From the NCBI RefSeq assembly GCF_008831285.2, contig NC_045138.2, positions 22,630,001 through 22,694,000 of the forward strand: a DNA stretch of 64,000 nt, in the 5' to 3' direction. How positions within the stretch are numbered: position 1 is the first letter of the stretch; each line of letters starts with the position of its first letter. The stretch is from Nymphaea colorata. Taxonomy: Eukaryota. Position numbers and translations under genes: made by a program. The notes under the pieces were generated by a model that worked only from the letters and a program-made list of their open reading frames with translations, did no database searches and had not been told where the DNA came from. This document shows positions 63,608 through 64,000 of this stretch, in pieces.

Positions 63608-64000
63608 AAGCGAAAACGAAAAATTTGTTCATGTACATTGGAACTCTACCTATACATGTTTTTCTCTGTATACTACAATGATTAACCATACCATCAGTCA
63701 TAGTAGAAACTATCTTCTCTGTTGTGCTTGTTTGTCTTAGAGACAATTGCTACCTTGTCTAGATTGTAGCATGAATGACACTAATTTCACACATGATGTA
63801 AATTGTATATTGAATCTGAATATAAAGGAAGGATCATCTACTGTCAGTACATTCTTGTTGTGTCATTCTTTGAAAGCTTCAATTCCAATCCGCCCCCTCA
63901 AGCTCAAGCCTTGTGGAAGACTTTGCTGCTTTCTTTTGCAACGCCAGAAGCAGCATTCCCCCTCTATGAACCCCCCGTTTGTTTGTCAAGATTAAGAAAT

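Overview
Plant (angiosperm) nuclear DNA, AT-rich and transposon-dense. It holds four host genes. (1) A minus-strand SDR of the carbonyl reductase/(+)-neomenthol dehydrogenase type, with an apparent +1 frameshift in exon 4. (2) bZIP60, whose IRE1 twin stem-loop is interrupted by a spliceosomal intron. (3) An intronless P-class PPR gene resembling At1g77360/MPPR6. (4) An 18.5-kb, six-exon LHCB7 gene. Repeats include an internally deleted Copia element with both LTRs and a TSD, probably nested in an old hAT-like element, a ~9.7-kb tandem array of ~10 diverged ~960-bp units, LINE, Copia and hAT remnants, and several MITEs. The most unusual structure lies in LHCB7 intron 3: a 9.57-kb fold-back built from two inverted ~3-kb Gypsy arms. 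Both outer ends are LTR 5' ends, both arms share one deletion junction, and the whole unit is flanked by a 5-bp direct repeat (GAAAA). One arm carries a Harbinger element that has captured PPR gene sequence. All calls were made by eye without database searches, so family assignments rest on recalled motifs.
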